The notes beneath the pieces are model-generated. The model was not told the origin of the DNA, did not search any database, and was given only the letters and a program-made list of their open reading frames with translations. Below are positions 61,636 through 64,000 of a stretch of 64,000 bases of DNA, one piece after another (the stretch's first letter is position 1; each line of letters begins with the position of its first letter). Origin of the DNA: Ostrea edulis (lineage: Eukaryota); the NCBI RefSeq assembly GCF_947568905.1, contig NC_079170.1, positions 49,228,001 through 49,292,000 on the forward strand. The letters run 5' to 3'. The translations under genes and the position numbers were made by a program.

Positions 61636-64000
61636 ATGAAATTTTCAAGATGGGTAGAATATTCATTTATTGCAATTTCATATTTTGCGGAAGCATTTGG
61701 GGACACCGAAACATGTAAGTATTACGTAAGCAGTTTGTCAATGCACTTTGCGGTTGGTATTTTAGAAAACACGTTTCTTTACTTGTTAGAAAAATGAAAA
61801 AAAAATATGGATTGCAGCACAGAGAAAAATTCCAAACTTTAAATAGCGCTTATTTACTATGAAGAAAAATTGCATGTTACCTCATTATTCTTTGAAGAAA
61901 AATATTTAATAGCACTTTTTGAACCGACAGATCAGACGCACAATTTAGTGTTCAAAACATTTCAAATGGTTTAAAATAGATGTAACAGCACATGATTTCG
62001 AAAAAATGGCGTATTTTGAGACGACGTTTATGTATAATAAGGTAGGAAACAGAGTTTTTCATTTGTAGTACTTTCAATTTATGAATTCTTGCTACATGTC
62101 TACAGAAGAAAAAATCTTTTTGTGGCCTTGAACTCCACATTAAAATGCATCAACAACGTTGCATCTATTACCAATATTAATTTTCATGCACATGTTAATT
62201 CGATCCTCCTGGGCGCCTGACCCCACCTCTGGTGTGCCCAGGTGTCCGTGTTTGCCCAACTATCTACTTTGTATTGCTTGTTGGAGTTATGGGATTGATC
62301 GCTGTACGTTATCTTCACCTTTCATGTATAACCCAACTCGAAATAAAGTACACTGCAAAGTATTCCAGCTGTGCTTTATACATGTATTTGGATATTTTAT
62401 TGAACATTGACGGTAACGACAAATTACCAACTCAATTTTAAGACAGACAGGATGACGTCGATATTGCATTTATCTGGATACCAGTGAACATCCACATTCT
62501 CATTGCTGTTTTTCAAACGCAGAAGTGATTTCAAATAAGAGAGATTATTCTACATTTTGTCTAATTGATTGTTGAAGGAGTAAGTTCACATAGACACTTG
62601 ATCCCAGCTCTAGTGTGTCAAGGGTTCCGTGGTTGTCCTTCTCTTAATTATGTAGTCTTTGTGGAAATTGTGAGATTTATCACTGTTCGTTATCTTCACC
62701 TTTTCATGTGCAAAAAGCGCTGTAAGTCAAAAGCAGATTCTCAAATATTCTAAAGAACTTTTAGTAAAGAAATAACAAAGCCCTTAAAACATTAACAGTT
62801 GAGTATAAATCATATGACTTTTTAACGCCTTTCACCACATTTCCTCATGATCAATGAAATACTAGGCTTTTCGACATCATAGACAGCTTCCTCTTCAATA
62901 AAAATGGAAGTTAGAAATACTCATGATCTAGTCATCAAAAATATCTTCGTTACCATCACTCTGATTCTTCACACAAGAACAATGAAGTTGGTATCAAAGC
63001 GAAGATCGTTCACATCGTCTGTGAGCCATCTATCCTGATAAACGGAGTAATCCATAGTCAAAGTTGGCACGTAAAGAATGGCCTAACAGTTGGTGTAAAC
63101 ACGTCAAACATCATTCGACCTAGTACAGGTTGCACTTGTTACGGTCGTTAAAACGAAAGGCTAAATATCATATGCAGGTGTTAATGATATATTACTATAT
63201 CTATATGGGAAGGTGACGATGAAGAATCTAATCGTATCCCTTTTGTTATAAAGTTGTCAGTTTACCATTAAAGTCTGTATTCAGTAAAAGATCCAAATAT
63301 GAAATGATGTGGAAGACTCTGTATTGACATTTCTTTCGAGGTCACTGGGATGTATCGTATGAATAGATTAAGCGACATATGAATAAATGTTAATATTGTT
63401 ACTATTGTCAAGTTGAAGGCTTTAGCAAGATAATTTTCCTCTCATTTTCAAGCTTGTCAATAAATTGCGCCTCGTAAAACTATAAAAACAATGAATGTAA
63501 AATGTATATTAGATGACAAGGCTCGTATTGAAAATGTAGCAGTGGTGGAACATGGTATAATGCATATTCGTCCATAGCTCTGAACAGAAAAATTACTCTA
63601 GAAAATAGGATGTGTCAAATATCTACCCCACCTCCTGCTTGTTTATTGATTTCAAGCTATTAATATTTGTTTCAAATGTGGAGAATAAAGAGTATTGGTG
63701 ATTAAAGAAAGTATTCTAATTATAGATTATCATTATTGCGTACAACTGTCTTGTATAATTATTTTTCATGAATATTTTTAAGATGAATTTGGAGAAGACT
63801 GCTCAGTTGTGTTGAAAGCTGTTAATGAGGATCGTCAAATTTACGTTGAATACAACGGAAAGGAAGTTCTATCGCACTGTGCTGACTACTCATTTACAGG
63901 AAGAGATGACTCTTTTGATGAATATGAAGTCTGCGTTACACCTTTGGCATTTACAGATCCAAATTGCGCCATACAATTAAAGTATAAATCTTCATATTAC
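61636..64000 (+). CDS. Paralogue D: CUB-like membrane-protein family member, truncated by the window end
   Basis: Signal exon 61636-61714 (MKFSRWVEYSFIAISYFAEAFGDTET, then T|GTAAGT) joins in phase to the exon starting at 63783 (YEFGEDCSVVLKAVNEDRQIYVEYNGK...C...DEYEVCVTP...DPNCAIQLKY). Confidence 0.85.
62200..63480. mobile_element. Cluster of Penelope-like remnants in both orientations inside the intron of paralogue D
   Basis: Two copies of the terminal motif ...GATCCCA/GACCCCACCTCT...CGTTATCTTCACCTTT (about 62200-62325 and 62590-62705). Plus-strand RT fragments YLDILLNIDGNDKL, KSYDF...FPHD and FDIIDSFLFNKNG, plus a minus-strand RT fragment at about 63250-63480. Confidence 0.65.

Overview
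AT-rich eukaryotic genomic DNA with spliced genes, most likely from an oyster (Ostreidae). That assignment is inferred from my recollection of the repeat families: Helentron-type non-autonomous elements carrying a ~166-bp HindIII/Cg170-like satellite, Deu/Meta-domain SINEs and Penelope remnants. The window holds one secreted C1q-domain gene (1042-2051) and a same-strand tandem array of five paralogues of an unnamed type I membrane protein, here called A (~8807-10556), B1 (19647-25673), B2 (36561-42321), C (48679-50560) and D (61636 to the window end). I reconstructed them by hand from GT-AG boundaries and conserved intron phases. The shared architecture is signal peptide, six-Cys CUB-like ectodomain, one transmembrane helix (a glycine zipper in B and C), a juxtamembrane Cys cluster, and a Pro/Tyr/Gln-rich tail ending in an overlapping PPxY + YxxPhi motif. 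B1 carries a nonsense codon and B2 has lost its PPxY. B1 and B2 lie in a recent duplication (or two haplotypes assembled in tandem) that exposes several filled versus empty transposon sites. The rest is transposon-rich: Helentron non-autonomous elements, SINEs, a complete Tc1, a mariner with a nested LINE and SINE, a MULE-like element with possible cargo, a 110-bp hairpin MITE, Penelope remnants with a decayed hammerhead-ribozyme motif, and minisatellites. No rRNA, true tRNA or CRISPR array was seen. All family names come from manual pattern recognition, not database searches.
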